Below are positions 32,801 to 45,753 of a stretch of DNA of 64,000 nucleotides, piece by piece. The first letter of the stretch is position 1. Each line of letters starts with the position of its first letter. Source of the stretch: Podarcis muralis (lineage: Eukaryota); assembly GCF_964188315.1 (NCBI RefSeq), contig NC_135667.1:14570001-14634000 (forward strand), read 5' to 3'. The notes below the pieces were generated by a model. The model searched no databases. It had not been told where the DNA came from and saw nothing but the letters and a program-made list of their open reading frames with translations. The translations under genes and the position numbers were made by a program.

Positions 32801-35800
32801 GAGACTGGCCCATGGCATGTTTTGTTTCACATTGTTTTACACATATGTGAAACCTGAACCAGAAAGAATTTGGTCTTCAGATCATCCCTAAACCTATATT
32901 GAGGAAGGTAATTGCTATTCCCACCTGCTTAAACTTGTGATGCCACACAACAGCACTTCCATTGATGGTAAATTGTTTTCCTTCAGTAGCCTGTGGGTTC
33001 AGCCTTCCCACACGGACTTTATGGATGGACTCATTGGGGAATGTGATGGTGTTAATGACATCATATCCAGTTGTCAATTCTCCATTTGCATCAAAAAATA
33101 TTTCTTCCTCAGCATTATTGTTAAAACGGATGTGTTTTAGGAAGGAGTGAAGCTAGATCGGAAAATGAAAGGACATGAATCAAGGCACATGGTAGGAAAT
33201 TCAGGGTGTGGCTTCCCTGAAATTTGTTCTCTTGTGCCATTGAAGTGCAACTCTTTTCTCCTCTCTAATACAGTGGTACCTCGGAAGTTGAACGGAATCC
33301 ATTCCGGAAGTCCGTTCGACTTCCAAAATGTTTGGAAACCAAGGCACGGCTTCTGATTGGCTGCAGGAAGCTGCAGAAGCCACGTCGGACATTCAGGTTC
33401 CAAAGAACATTCGCAAACTGGAACACTCACTTCCGGTTTTCGATTGTTTGGGAGCCAAAACGTTTGACTCACAAGGCATTCTGGATCCAAGGTACGACTA
33501 TCATTTTTCTGGCTCCTGCCCAAGACCAAACCATGGGGGTATTTACTTGTGAGTAAAGAAATGAACTTTTATTATAACATTCTAAAGATACAAACTCAGT
33601 GGCTAGTCTAGGTGTTCTTATAAGGCAAAGGAATAACAGCAACAAACAGTAGGAAGAGTATGAGAGCAAAGGCCATGGTTCATGGTTCTAAACAGTGGTG
33701 GGGAAGCTCAGTTACTCACAAGTTTCATTCCTCAGAGATAGCCCTGAGACTGCTACTCTCAGAGTTGTGGGTTCATGCCCCATGTTAGGCAACGTTCAAA
33801 ACTCTTGCAAGAAAAAGCCCACCCTAATGTAAAATGGTAATTCAAGGTGAGCCGTATAAACAAAATCTGACCCCTAAGAAATTCAATAAATTGCTGCACA
33901 GAAATAAAGAACTGGAACTGGAATCCAGCCAATGAAAGGCATTTCTTTCCAAGGATTACAGTAAAAATGGACATGAGAATCCTACCTGCCATGGATAAAT
34001 GTTCAAAAGGTTCCATGTGGCACGAACTCCCTTTGCCTTCTTCTTAGCTCTTGAAGAAAACATGGCATGGAGAGCATGTGCTACAGCATAAACCGCATTG
34101 TAGATACTGTAGCTCTGACCAGACATCCCCATTTCAAACACAGCTCCAGGGAGGCTCCTCAACCTCTCCTTTCCTGTACAGTTTGCAGTGTGTGCATAAA
34201 GTTTAAATATGGGGAAGGAGCACCGAAATGCATAGGCCCAGAACCAATATATGTAATAAAGTGTGGATTCATTAGGATTTAAAGTCTCAACAAAATCTTC
34301 ATATTCTGGCACATCATTAGCATGGAGTGAAAAGGATAAGGTGCCATTGAAGGATTTTAGTGGGAATATCTCTCTGGGATACACAGATACAAAATCCCAC
34401 TGTGCCATTATAATCCAAACCTTCTCTTTTGGTTTCATTTCAACTTTTTCATGTGAATAGAGTGTCATTCGTAAGAATGCCATAGATCGTGAACCCCCAT
34501 GAACAACAATCACATTGGCATTCATTGTTTCTAGAATATTGCCTATTCTTTCCACCATTTCCAGCATTTGCATTCTTCCGCCCCAGAGCATCTTCAGTGT
34601 TGAAATAATTTCCTTATAAGCAATACAAATATTGTTCAGCAGCAGTTGAGGAGTCAGAGTCCTCAGCAGCGATTCTCCACTGTCATCATCTGAAGCAATA
34701 AGGCCAATCCAGGTCCATCCAAAATACTGAAGCAACTGAACAATCCCAACATACTGAGGACGTTCATTTGGCATCATCCGATAGACAGAAGGGAACTGTG
34801 TTTTATCGCTCAGTGCAGGGTCAAAGGAGCCATAAGAGAGCTAAGGAGAATGACCATGATCTTTTTAGGCCTAACAACAATGGCAGGATAGAAGATTACG
34901 TTCATTTCAAATACTGCAAAGGTTTTTAACTCTCCACTACAAAGCTCTGAGGAGGATTACTGGTAGGTAAAAAAGCAACGACATGAATCAGAGGCATAAA
35001 CTTCTTTAAAAGGGGGGGACTGTGGGGGGATTTGGGGGGGTGTAAGAATTAATAGAGGGAAAGGATGAGCTTCCATATTTGTGCCCATAATACTACTATT
35101 GCTTTGGAGTGCAGATGCAGAAATGAGTTAAGAACGTGTGAGAGAACGAATGACTGCAGGTTCGAGTAAGAAAACAATGGCACACAATTTTACATATACA
35201 GTGGTACCTTGGTTTTCGAATATAATCCGTTCCGGAAGACCGTTCAGCTTCCAAAATGTTTGAAAACCAAAGCGCAAAGGGCAGTCTGCAATTTCAATTG
35301 AGAAAATTAAAAATAATGCAACAGAAGCCGTTATACTTTCGAAAACAGAAGCAATTACTTCTGGGTTTTTGGCATTTGAAAACCAAAACATTCAGCTTCC
35401 AAGACGCTCGAAAACCAAGGTACCACTGTACACTTTTATATTGTGCACCTTTCAAGGGCAAATTTCCCATCTTTGGGGGTGGGGTAGGTCGAGCAAAAAT
35501 AGCTTCATGATGTTGACTTCTTGAAAAAAAATGAAACAAGCCTGACTATTTATTGCCCACATTCCCCAGATGAAGACTCAAGAGACCATACGCTGGCATA
35601 GGTTACATCTATTCAATGAAACTTGATGATGCACATGAAACGGTGCAAAAAAGTTATAGTTTGGTCAGAGAAACTGAGGAAAGGCCTCCTGTCTCTGACC
35701 CTGGGCAAACCCAGCCTAACATAGCTCCATCACAATCAAGAATGTGATGGGAGGCAAATCTCCATAGGTAATTGGTGGGTATCAAGCTCCATATGAGTCT

Positions 35801-37342
35801 TAAGTTGCACACCCATATACCCACAACCAGAACTCAGCAGGGAGCACATGCCAGCTCCCCAAATACCAGACCAAAAATCCTCCCCAGTTTGTCAGCAATA
35901 GAAGATAGTTCTATTGCCCTTCACCCAAGAGTGCCCTTTGGTGCTTCACTAGCACTCATCCCATCCTAATATACTTAACTCTCTTGGCTTAATGGTGAGG
36001 CCTTCTAGTCTTTTCTCTTCTAGAATCACTATACAGCACCCAGGTTCCAAATCGACAGACCCACCTGTGGCATCTTGTAGATATTTAAGATGTGGGGCAT
36101 CTCCTTGGAGTTAAGAGACGCAAGCCCACCAATGATGGCCATTAGCCTGTATGCCTTGACACAGATGTAGTTAATGGGGCTGCTCCATCTTTTGAAAAGG
36201 ACGTCCATAGTCCCAGTACAGGATCCTATTTCATTGTCAGCATTGTTAGCGAAGATGTAAGACAGTGTTGTGTTGGGTAAGAGGTGGGCATTCTTGTTGA
36301 TCTCATTCATGGCAAATGTAAAGGCAAGGACTTGGTGGTAGTAATTTGGCAATGGACTGCAATGACATTTAAATGCCAGTATACAGTAGTCAAAAGTACA
36401 TTGATTTAATGTACATGCAGTAGACCTATATAAGCTTATAAGCTATTCTTGAAACACTAGGCGTGGAGTTAAGTAGAAGGAAATATCTACATACCTTTTT
36501 AAAGATTGTTGGCTCATTATGTTTCTTTGTCACATTTCACTTCCTACAAAGCTCTCGTTATCTAACTAAAGCAATTTGCTCTTTGAGGACCGTTTTATTA
36601 CTTGTGCTTCTCCGATACCAACTTAATCTCTCCCTAAATATGTACGTATGAATCAACCTATTTTTAAACAAGTGAATGGATAAAAACTCGCATACTTTCC
36701 CCCACTTTCTGCTGCTAAAGAAGTTCAGGCTATCCATTTTTAGGTTTCTTCCATTCTAAACAGAGATGGTTAACCATTGTCTGGGCTTTATAGTTTCAGA
36801 TTACAGGTGAATCTTTACCTGATTGAGGAAAATCCCTCAGTCAGCACATCAATCAGAAGAACTGTGGTCTAGCTGTCTCCTTAACATTCTGTTTTTATAT
36901 AAAAAATTAAGCATTTTCCATCAGCTGGTCATCTCCCCCCAGGTTGTACGTTTTGAACTGCCTTATTTTCAAGGATGTTAATATTGGAATTCCATGCATG
37001 GAATAACAGCAACAACGAAGGAAATCCCCGTGTTGCAGAAACTAGGCTTTTATTAAATTGGACTACTTTGAATCATAAAAGCTTCACGTACTAGGAAGAC
37101 TTTTCCAGAGATGGAGATGTATTATATGAGAGTCCATCAAAAGAATGAATTAAAAAAGAAACAAATTCACCAATGAAAATACTGTCTGGAATTACAAAGT
37201 CATTTTTAACCTTTGGCTGCCAACCAAATCTGTTCTTTGCGTTCTTGCTGACAATCTGAGGCAGCTCCAACAACAAAAGAAGCAGCAGCAATGATGTCCA
37301 ATTGGCTACCGACAGATCTCTTCCCCAGTTCAAAACATTCAT
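28984..37342 (-). CDS. V2R gene B; exons 37342-37092, 36356-36065, 34840-33986, 33152-32925, 31347-31221, 29894-28984; 887 aa
   Basis: Same 6-exon architecture as gene A, open frame throughout, all nine CRD cysteines present. Confidence 0.9.
30226..31045 (-). mobile_element. CpG-rich LTR-like retroelement remnant (possibly Ngaro/DIRS-type) in V2R-B intron 5
   Basis: Abrupt GC/CpG-rich block in an AT-rich intron; AATAAA on the - strand at 30373-30368 and a CA end. The family assignment comes from recollection only. Confidence 0.45.
31221..31347 (-). CDS. V2R-B exon 5 (127 nt)
   Basis: [42 protein letters not shown]. Confidence 0.9.
31640..32330 (-). mobile_element. Degraded L2 ORF2 fragment
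   Basis: Remnants [19 protein letters not shown] and [12 protein letters not shown]...LV.DL. Confidence 0.75.
32925..33152 (-). CDS. V2R-B exon 4 (228 nt)
   Basis: [31 protein letters not shown]...HKFKQ. Confidence 0.9.
33271..33500. mobile_element. Mariner/pogo MITE
   Basis: TA followed by cagtggtacctcgg; right TIR degenerate; same family as 42230-43269. Confidence 0.8.
33986..34840 (-). CDS. V2R-B exon 3 (855 nt)
   Basis: [29 protein letters not shown]...YPWQ. Confidence 0.92.
35199..35428. mobile_element. Mariner/pogo MITE (230 bp)
   Basis: Perfect 21-bp TIR cagtggtaccttggttttcga; TA TSD. Confidence 0.9.
36065..36356 (-). CDS. V2R-B exon 2 (292 nt)
   Basis: [26 protein letters not shown]...YKMPQ. 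Confidence 0.9.
37092..37342 (-). CDS. V2R-B exon 1
   Basis: [29 protein letters not shown]...; donor TA|GTACGT, phase 2; 251 nt as in gene A. Confidence 0.8.
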
Positions 37343-37514
37343 TTTAACAGATACACAGAATTCCTAAACCACATAGAACTCCCAAACAACACTCAGCTCT
37401 CCCAGGAGTTAAATTGACATAGCTGTTTCACTGATTCCAATCTGGAGTGTCAAAAATCTGTTTAACAGGACCCTTCCAAAGAACTGTGTAAAATATTTTT
37501 TTCTGAAACTCCTC

Positions 37515-37688
37515 TTTATAGATGGAGAGGACAATTTCAGCACATGGATCATCTGTTTCTGTTTTTCTGATAGCATGAAATATCGCTACAATTGCATGAG
37601 GATAGTGATTACGGTGGTTACAGGATAATCACGAAGATAATCACCACTTTCTCCAATATAATCAACTCTCAGCAAAGTTAAGAAAAAC
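37515..37688 (-). promoter_or_regulatory. Putative V2R-B promoter module
   Basis: TATAAA on the - strand at 37520-37515; the 21-nt motif at 37668-37688 is identical to that of gene A. Confidence 0.5.
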
Positions 37689-39481
37689 TTCTTTGCAGCC
37701 CCAGTCACAGCACACTGTGTGGAAGCTATAGCTAAGGTGTAAATGAACAAACTTGACAAGACAACGATCATTATATATCTAAAAATTTATACAGCTTATA
37801 AAAGTACAAGCTGAAACTTGGCATATACGATGTACCTGAAGAGACCTATGAAACTGCCAAATTCTAAACCAATCAAATGATAATTGCCAAAGCAAGTTAA
37901 ATAGTGCTTCTGCCTGTCCTGGGAGAGTAGAATATTGAAGGCTTCATTATTCATGGGATGGAGGAAGTATTCTCAAACCTGAATCTCAATTGACCACAAG
38001 AATACACTCATTCTGCTGAAGCAATGGCCCTGGCTTACAGCCTCATACCACCTTCCCCAGATAGTAAAGATCCAAATGCACACACAACATAAAAATGTCC
38101 TGGCCTTTTGAGTGACTTCTATCTTGCCTTCCTCAGTGCAAGCTATAGACACCCCCCCCCAAGTTTAGTCTGGTCACAATGCACTTGTAGGTCTCTCAGA
38201 GGCCAGAACCCCATGGAAACCTCTTACCCCTTTTCCAAGGCTATGGGGCTTGAGTCATAACAGGTTTAGTCTTTCTCACCCCTTATGGTCACATCTAGTG
38301 AATCAGCCCCATCATTTCCTCTCTCCAGAAGGTTGAGGTACTAAGCGAAGCCTCTTGGTCGGGCTTCCTGTCTACTACTGCTGGAAAACAAATAAACTTT
38401 AGATGAGGCAAGAGTTGGTTGTCCCTCAAACCTCTGCACTTTCCCCTAAGAGCCAATCTCCCTTGAATGCTGTCTCTGAACTATTTAAGCTCAGTAGCTC
38501 CAATAATTCTTCATTACTCTCAGGTGATACCAGCTGTTCCCTGCTCCAACCATTTCTTGGCTGGGATTACTAAATTGCAGCCCTGGCTCCTGAAGAGGCA
38601 GATTGTAGCCTTCTTAAATGGGCAGTCATGGCCACTCTGCCTGAGGTAATCCCATGAGAGCCTTCATAGCATTGAAAACCATCTCTTTATTCCAGTTTTT
38701 AAGAAAGTATATCCCATATTACTTTCAAATTTTGGTGAAAACTGTTGATGCACTCTATTTGGGCTTGTTGCAGAGCACACACCTTCATTGATTGATGTGG
38801 TTCAAAGGCTACTGTTTCCTGTCCCATTAAGTCTACAGAAAACAAGTTCTAGAAGGAGCCACCTCCTGGATGAAATGTGCAGTGGCTAGTCTTTAAGTTA
38901 TGAAAGATCACTCTGTAGGGCATGATTACATGAGGGCTCGCAAATATTTTGGCTCCACGGGTACATTTGGAAACCAGGGAAACTGCCATAGGGAAACGCA
39001 CATTCTACAGTCATGCCCAGCCCACTACAATCTTCTTGTATCTCAACTCACACTGCAACCCCACAAACGCCCCACTCTACCACACACACACACAAACACT
39101 AAAATCTTTCCAGTTTTTAATCTCGTGTGTGTGTGTGTGTGTGTGCGTGCATTTAATTTTAATCTTCATTTAACTGTAATGTTTTTTCTTCATTTATTTT
39201 CAAATGTCATTGAATTATATGTTCTTCATTAAATAAATATGTAAAAATAAGTCATTCATATTTTATTTATATTTAGGATATATACTTTACAGAGCACATT
39301 TCAAAAACTGGGGTATAAATAAACTATGAGGTAAGAGAAGAGAAAACACAGCCAAACTAACGTGCTAAGTACTTTACAAATATAAATGTTGACATGGCAC
39401 TATCTGTAGCATTTGATTCTAAAAGAGACAATGCATCATGGGAAACCGGTAAGGAAGAATTTACAAGAACAAAGGAGGAAG

Positions 39482-39630
39482 TCACTCAGATGTCACACTC
39501 TTTTCCCTGGTGTTCAGCTCAGGTCTCAGCACCATTAATGTAGAATTTGGGAAGGAGGATGCAACTCAGCAACCCAGCAGTAGAGGCCATGTGGATATAA
39601 GAAATATCCACATTCACCATATATTTCCCT
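39482..39630 (-). pseudogene. V2R pseudogene relic (TM7 and C-tail of exon 6)
   Basis: Reads GKYMVNVDISYIHMASTAGLLSCILLPKFYI, then a +1 frameshift, then [16 protein letters not shown]. The adjacent 39290-39480 resembles the 3' flank of gene A. Confidence 0.85.
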
Positions 39631-39740
39631 GTGGTGGTTGGGCTCCTATTGAGAGTATTTGGCGAGCCAACATGACAGTGATGAGGGATTGAGGATTGGA
39701 GGGATGGCAGTGGACAAAGTTGTGTTGCAACTTTGGAATA

Positions 39741-40101
39741 GTAAAGGTAAAGGTACCCCTGCCCGTACGGGCCAGTCGTGTCCGACTCTAGGGTTGTGCG
39801 CCCATCTCACTTAAGAGGCCGGGGGCCAGCACTGTCCAGAGACACTTCCGGGTCACTTGGCCAGCATGACGAAGCTGCTCTGGCAAGCCAGCACCAGCAC
39901 ACGGAAACGCCGTTTACCTTCCCGCTATAAAGCGGTACCTATTTATCTACTTGCACTTAAGAGTGCTTTCGAACTGCTAGGTGGGCAGGAGCTGGGACCG
40001 AACGATGGGAGCTCACCCCGCTGCGGGGATTCGAACCATCAACCATACGATCAGCAAGTCCTAGGCACTGAGGTTTTACCCACAGCGCCACCCGCGTCCC
40101 T
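39741..40101 (-). mobile_element. Sauria SINE with 12-bp TSD
   Basis: TSD AACTTTGGAATA (39729-39740 and 40102-40113). Confidence 0.9.
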
Positions 40102-40599
40102 AACTTTGGAATAAATGTGTTTTAATAAAATCCTTTAAAAAGAGGAATGGATGAATGGGACAATTTTCCTCCTTTCATTTTCAAATCCAAGCTTCATGCA
40201 CATTTTTCTGTGCATTTCTTATAACATAAAACATTTCTGCAAGCTATTCTCCTTTATAAAAACATTTTTGTGTTATTTCCACTAATATGTTGCTGCATAG
40301 TTTATTTCCATGTTGGTATTTATGTTTTAGTGCTATTATGATGAGAATGTTTAAAAAATATTTTCTTTTTTATTATTTGAAAATAATCCTACTTTCCGCA
40401 GCATGTTCTCTAAAAATTATAAACAAGCTACTGGGAAACCAGAGTACTACAAAGCCAAACTATTTGGACATTTTGAATCTTGCTTTGTACTTGGCAAACA
40501 TAAAAGTAGAAAAGGCAATGTTTGTGGGCTTAGACTCATAAACAGGAAAAGATATCAGGGGAATGGTTAAGAAACAATTTAGAGGAAGGAAGAAATCAC

Positions 40600-41510
40600 T
40601 CAGAAATGACCATTCTTTTTCCTTACTAATTGATCCCTGGTGTTCAGTTCAGGTTTCAGTACAATAATGTAGAATTTGGGGAGGAAGATGCAAACCAATA
40701 ATCCAGCACTAGAGGCCAGGATAGAGAAAATCTCCACAGCCACCATGTATTTCCCCTTGGTGCTCAGGTAGGTGGGGACAAAGGATAACCAAACACTGCA
40801 GAAGACCAGCATGCTGAAAGTGATCATTTTGGCTTCATTAAAAGTATCAGGCAGCTTCCTGGCCAAGAAAGCCACAGTGAAGCTGATGATGGCCAGGAGC
40901 CCCATATAGCCCAGGACAGTATAAAACATCTGAGCTGATCCTTCATTACATTGCACAATGATCTGGTCAGTATGAGAGTGCATGTCAAACTCTGGGAAGG
41001 GAGGAAAGGTTGCCAGCCACACTGCACAGATGCCAGTTTGAATAAGAGTGCAAAGGATGATGACTGACACTGCCAGCCTCTTCCCCATCCATTTCCTCAT
41101 CCTGTTTCCTGGCTTGGTGGCCATGAAGGCCAGAACCACAGTGAGGGTTTTTGCCAACACACAAGAAACAGCCAGGGAGAAGACAATCCCAAACACTGTT
41201 TGACGGAGAAGGCAGGGCACCTTCCCAGGCTGCCCAATGAATAGGAAGGAGCAGAGAAAGCAAAGCAACAGGGAAGTGAGGAGGGTGCAGGTGATGTTCC
41301 AGTTGTTGGCCTTGACAATGGGAGTCTCCTTATGTTGAACGAAGATGCATATTATCAAGAGGGCGATCAGACAAATGAAAAGAGCAAATGAAGTCAGAAG
41401 TATTCCCAAGGGCTCTCTGTATGTTAGAAAGACTGGATGTTTAGGGATGCACTCATTGTGGTTTTCATTTGGATACTGGTCCTCGGGGCACTTGTTGCAG
41501 TGGTCTGCAT
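40600..41510 (-). CDS. V2R-C exon 6 (7TM)
   Basis: (D)[14 protein letters not shown]...[12 protein letters not shown]. Confidence 0.93.
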
Positions 41511-44500
41511 CTGAAAGTTATAAGTCTCATATTTTTAAAAATATATACATGAACTCTCTTAAACCATATTACTTGACACTGTGGCAAGAACTACAAAGGA
41601 AGAATATAATTCTTTTATCTTGGAACAGATATGGTAATCATTATTTAGAACCATTCAGTAAAATTGATGGGTGATAAGAACAGTGAACAACTCAATTCAT
41701 TCAGGGTTTATAGTTAACGGCATTGTACATTCTATTCAAATACGGATGTAATGTGTTGTAAAGTATCCAAATCATGAAATTTGGATAAATTCAAGGTACT
41801 GATACCGATGTAGAAACCCCTGGTGTACAGTTTGGGACCTAAAACATATTCTCACCTGTCCTGTGCACAAAACAGTCGTTCTCCTCTACAAGAGAGGACA
41901 CCCTGCAATTACCATCTCATCCCTATGTCTTTTCTATACAATGTAAGAATCGATCCATTAGTGTGGCAGCACCTATCCATTGGAACTCCCAATACATTTC
42001 AAATTGGCATCATCTCTGTTATCACTTCAGCACCTTTCCCAAGGCTTCTAAGAGATTTTTGTCCAAGTCAGTATCTGCACTGAATTTTTAAAAATGGTGT
42101 GTGTATAGATATAGATATACAAATATATGGCAGTTAAACCACTTTGAGATGCTTAATGAGATAATTTCTTTTCTGGTTTGCTAGAGAATAATTACATATA
42201 TCTGATCACTATATAACTAAATACAAATACAGTTGTACCTCAGAAGTCAAACAGAATCTGTTCCAGAAGTCCGTTCAACTTCAATGATTTATAGGTGGTA
42301 CATGACCCCAGTCAAGCTTGCAAAAATCTACCATTTGCCTAATAATAAATGCTGGAAATGTAATGAGACTGAAGGTACCTTTTATCACCTTTGGTGGACC
42401 TGCCCGAAGATTAAAGCCTTTTGGGAAATGATCTATAATGAAATTAAGAAGGTCCTTAAATGGACCTTTCCTAAGAAACCTGAGGCTTTTCTCCTGGGCA
42501 TGGTTGGCCAACTGGTGTCAAGGAAGGATAGGACTTTTTTATGTATGCCACCACAGCAGCAAGGATTCTTTTAGCAAAGTATTGGAAGACACAAGAACTA
42601 CCCACGCTGGAAGAATGGCAGACGAAAGTGATTGATTATATGGGACTGGCGGAGATGACTGGCAGAATCCGTGACCAAGGGAAAGAGACGGTGGAAGAAG
42701 ACTGGAAGAAATTCAAAATATATCTTTAAAATTGTTGTAAAATTGATGAGTGTTAAAATGTCAAGGGATTGGGAAACAGAGAATTGCAGCTGTAATTGAT
42801 AAGTCAGAGAAGAACTTAAAAGAAAATGAATTGAATAATTAGTTAATCGGAGGAGTTGCTGAAGAAATGTAAAACAAGGATGCAGAAAAGGGGGGGGGCA
42901 TGGGGAAGTCCGGGAAGTAAGGTTTATGAAAAGAAGGTTATGAAATTATACATGTTTAATGTTTGTTTGTTTGTTTGTTTGTTTATGTATTGTGTATTGT
43001 TTGTGTTAATTTTGTGTTTGGAAAATTAATAAAAATTCTTTAAAAAAAAAAAACAGAAGTCCGTTCAACTTCCAAACGTTCGACTTCCAAAACGTGGCTT
43101 CTGATTGGGTGCAGAAAGCTCCTGCAGCCAATCGGAAGCTGTGGAAGCCCCGTTGGATGTTCAACTTTCCAAAGAATGTTCAAAAACTGGAACACTCATT
43201 TCCGGATTTCGATCGTTCGGGAGACAAAACGTTCAACTCCCAAGGCGTTTGGGAGCCAGGGTACGACTGTAGTTAAGTTTGTGAACAGACTCTGAAAATA
43301 ATTATAACTGAAGGAATGTATAAACTATCTCCAAAGTGTTATATCTAGAATGGCTCAATCACACATCAATATCATAATTTGAACAAGCTCTTTGTGTGAA
43401 TTTATTTTTGAAATATTTGGAATTACCACCACCATTTAATGGTGCAATTTCTACTTACCCATCAGGTTTGAAATCATTCCTTCAGAGCACTTAGGACAAT
43501 CATAGCAACAAATCTGTTCCCCCTGTCGCGCAATCCTACTGTGTCCAGGATAGCAACTCTCAACACATACGGATTTTGGGATGACCTATTAATATCCAGA
43601 TATAAAAGATTTGGGGTGTACATCAGCATTGGTGAGCCTTTGCCCCTCAAGCCTTATTAGAATCAGCAAGGGTTCTACTTTAGCTGCCAGAGGCATTTGT
43701 CTTAAACCTGCCCACATCTGATTTCACTCCAGGAATGGGGCAGATAAAGACAGGGTTGCAAAGAAAAGGACAACTGGGAGCCTCAAAATGTGTTCCTGGT
43801 TGTTTCCTTGTTAAGCACACTATTTCCTCCAAGAGTGATGGCACATCAGGAAGACCTGTCATTCACACAGGGACATTCTTCATTTTAAAACTCTAGCCAC
43901 TTTCAGGTAGCTGTACTTACTTTGCAAAAGAAAGCAATTTGGCTTTCTAAAACTTTTAAAAGAAATTCTATGTTTTTGTTTTCTTGGATGTGTACAGGTA
44001 ACTCCTAAAATACCTGCATGGGACAAGAATCAGGCAGGTTTTTCTGTACTCCCATGTGGATCCAGAATCAGGTTTTGTTTAATATTAGAGACATCCCTAA
44101 AACTACAGTTCTGGAAAATAATAGTTACCCCCACCTGATCAAACTTGTGATTCCACATTATAGCACTTCCATTGATGGTGAACAGTTTTCTTTCAGGAGC
44201 TTGTGGGCTCACTCTTCCAACACGGACTTTATGGACAGACTGATTAGGGAAGGCGATTGTGTTGAGGATATCATATCCAGCTGCCAATTCTCCATTTGCA
44301 TCAAAAACTATTTCTTCCCCAGCATTATTGTTGAAGTGGATGTGTTTCAGGTAGGAGTGAAGCTAGATTGGAGAAGGAAAGAATATAAACTGAGCTTGGA
44401 GTGGTGGGAAATGTCATTTCCCTGGAAGTTCCTCTTTTTTCCTCAAATATCATATTCGAATTGCTACCTCCTATTCATTCATGTATGATGATTATAGGAC

Positions 44501-45722
44501 AGATGGTATAAATGCTTCCCACCTTTCAGAGACAATAGGAAGATGAAATTCAATAGAGTTGCTATTTCCAGAATTAAACTAGTACTTTTTAAAAATTAGA
44601 CTATTCACACCAGAACTTTAAACCATATCTATTATACAGCAGGTTTTACTTCCTCCAAAAGTCAAGAGAGAGAGAAGTTTGAGCTTTGCTTACATGGCAT
44701 GTATCTGGCAAACTAACCTCACATGGTGGTTGTGAAATTAAATACTGGGAGAGAAATCGCCATTGTCCTCCTGGAAAATCTCCTGTTTGGGGAGTGGGTA
44801 TCCATTGTGGGGTATTTGTGTGGGAGGGTTCAATGTTGCTTATTGTGTGAGAGGTGTTCACAGGGGAGCAGAAGAAGAAGAAGAAGAGTTTGGATTTGAT
44901 ATCCCGCCTTTCACTCCCTTTAAGGAGTCTCAAAGCGGCTAACATTCTCCTTTCCCTTCCTCCCCCACAACAAACACTCTGTGAGGTGAGTGGGGCTGAG
45001 AGACTTCAGAGAAGTGTGACTGGCCCAAGGTCACCCAGCAGCTGCATGTGGAGGAGCGGAGACGCGAACCCGGTTCCCCAGATTACGAGACTACCGCTCT
45101 TAACCACTACACCACACTGGCTCTCTGGCAGGAAGTCAGTGGAGTTTGCAGTGTTGAGGTATGTAGAAATATGAGTTTCAAAGATTTCCAAATGAACCTT
45201 GTGCCTAAAGAGGTTCACAAAATCTCATCTAAATTAGAACTACTACCTATAAACACCTGACAGGCTTTTTCATTGTACTTCTTTTGGCACCTGCGTTAAA
45301 TATTTTCTGCATCCAGACATGTAGAAATCACTGTGGATTTTTATCTTCTTTTGAATCTCTTAATAGCGGTTCTTAACTGTTTTAATAATTTTATATTTTT
45401 GTAAACTGCTTAGAGGTGTTTTTAGTTTATTTTTATTTTTTACATTAAGCAGTATATACATTTTGCTAAATAAATAAATCTAACCATTGCACCATACCAA
45501 AAAAATTCATAACTGAAGGTCATAAGCTTATGTCAGGGGTCTGCAACCTTTAAGACAAAAAGAGCCACTTGGACCCGTTTCCGAAGGAAAAAAAACTGGG
45601 AGCCGCAAAACTCGTCATTATAAAAATAACTTTTTTGTCACTTTTTAAAATTATTTCTTTGTTTGACCCCTCAGAATTACTCCTCCTCATAGAAATAAAC
45701 GTTAAATTAACAAGTTACCTTC

Positions 45723-45753
<31 letters not shown>

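Noticed and set aside
37091-37093. In-frame TAG at the end of the V2R-B exon-1 ORF (likewise D at 60079-60081)
   Set aside because: The TAG spans the phase-2 donor (TA|GT); splicing gives TAT. It is not a nonsense mutation.
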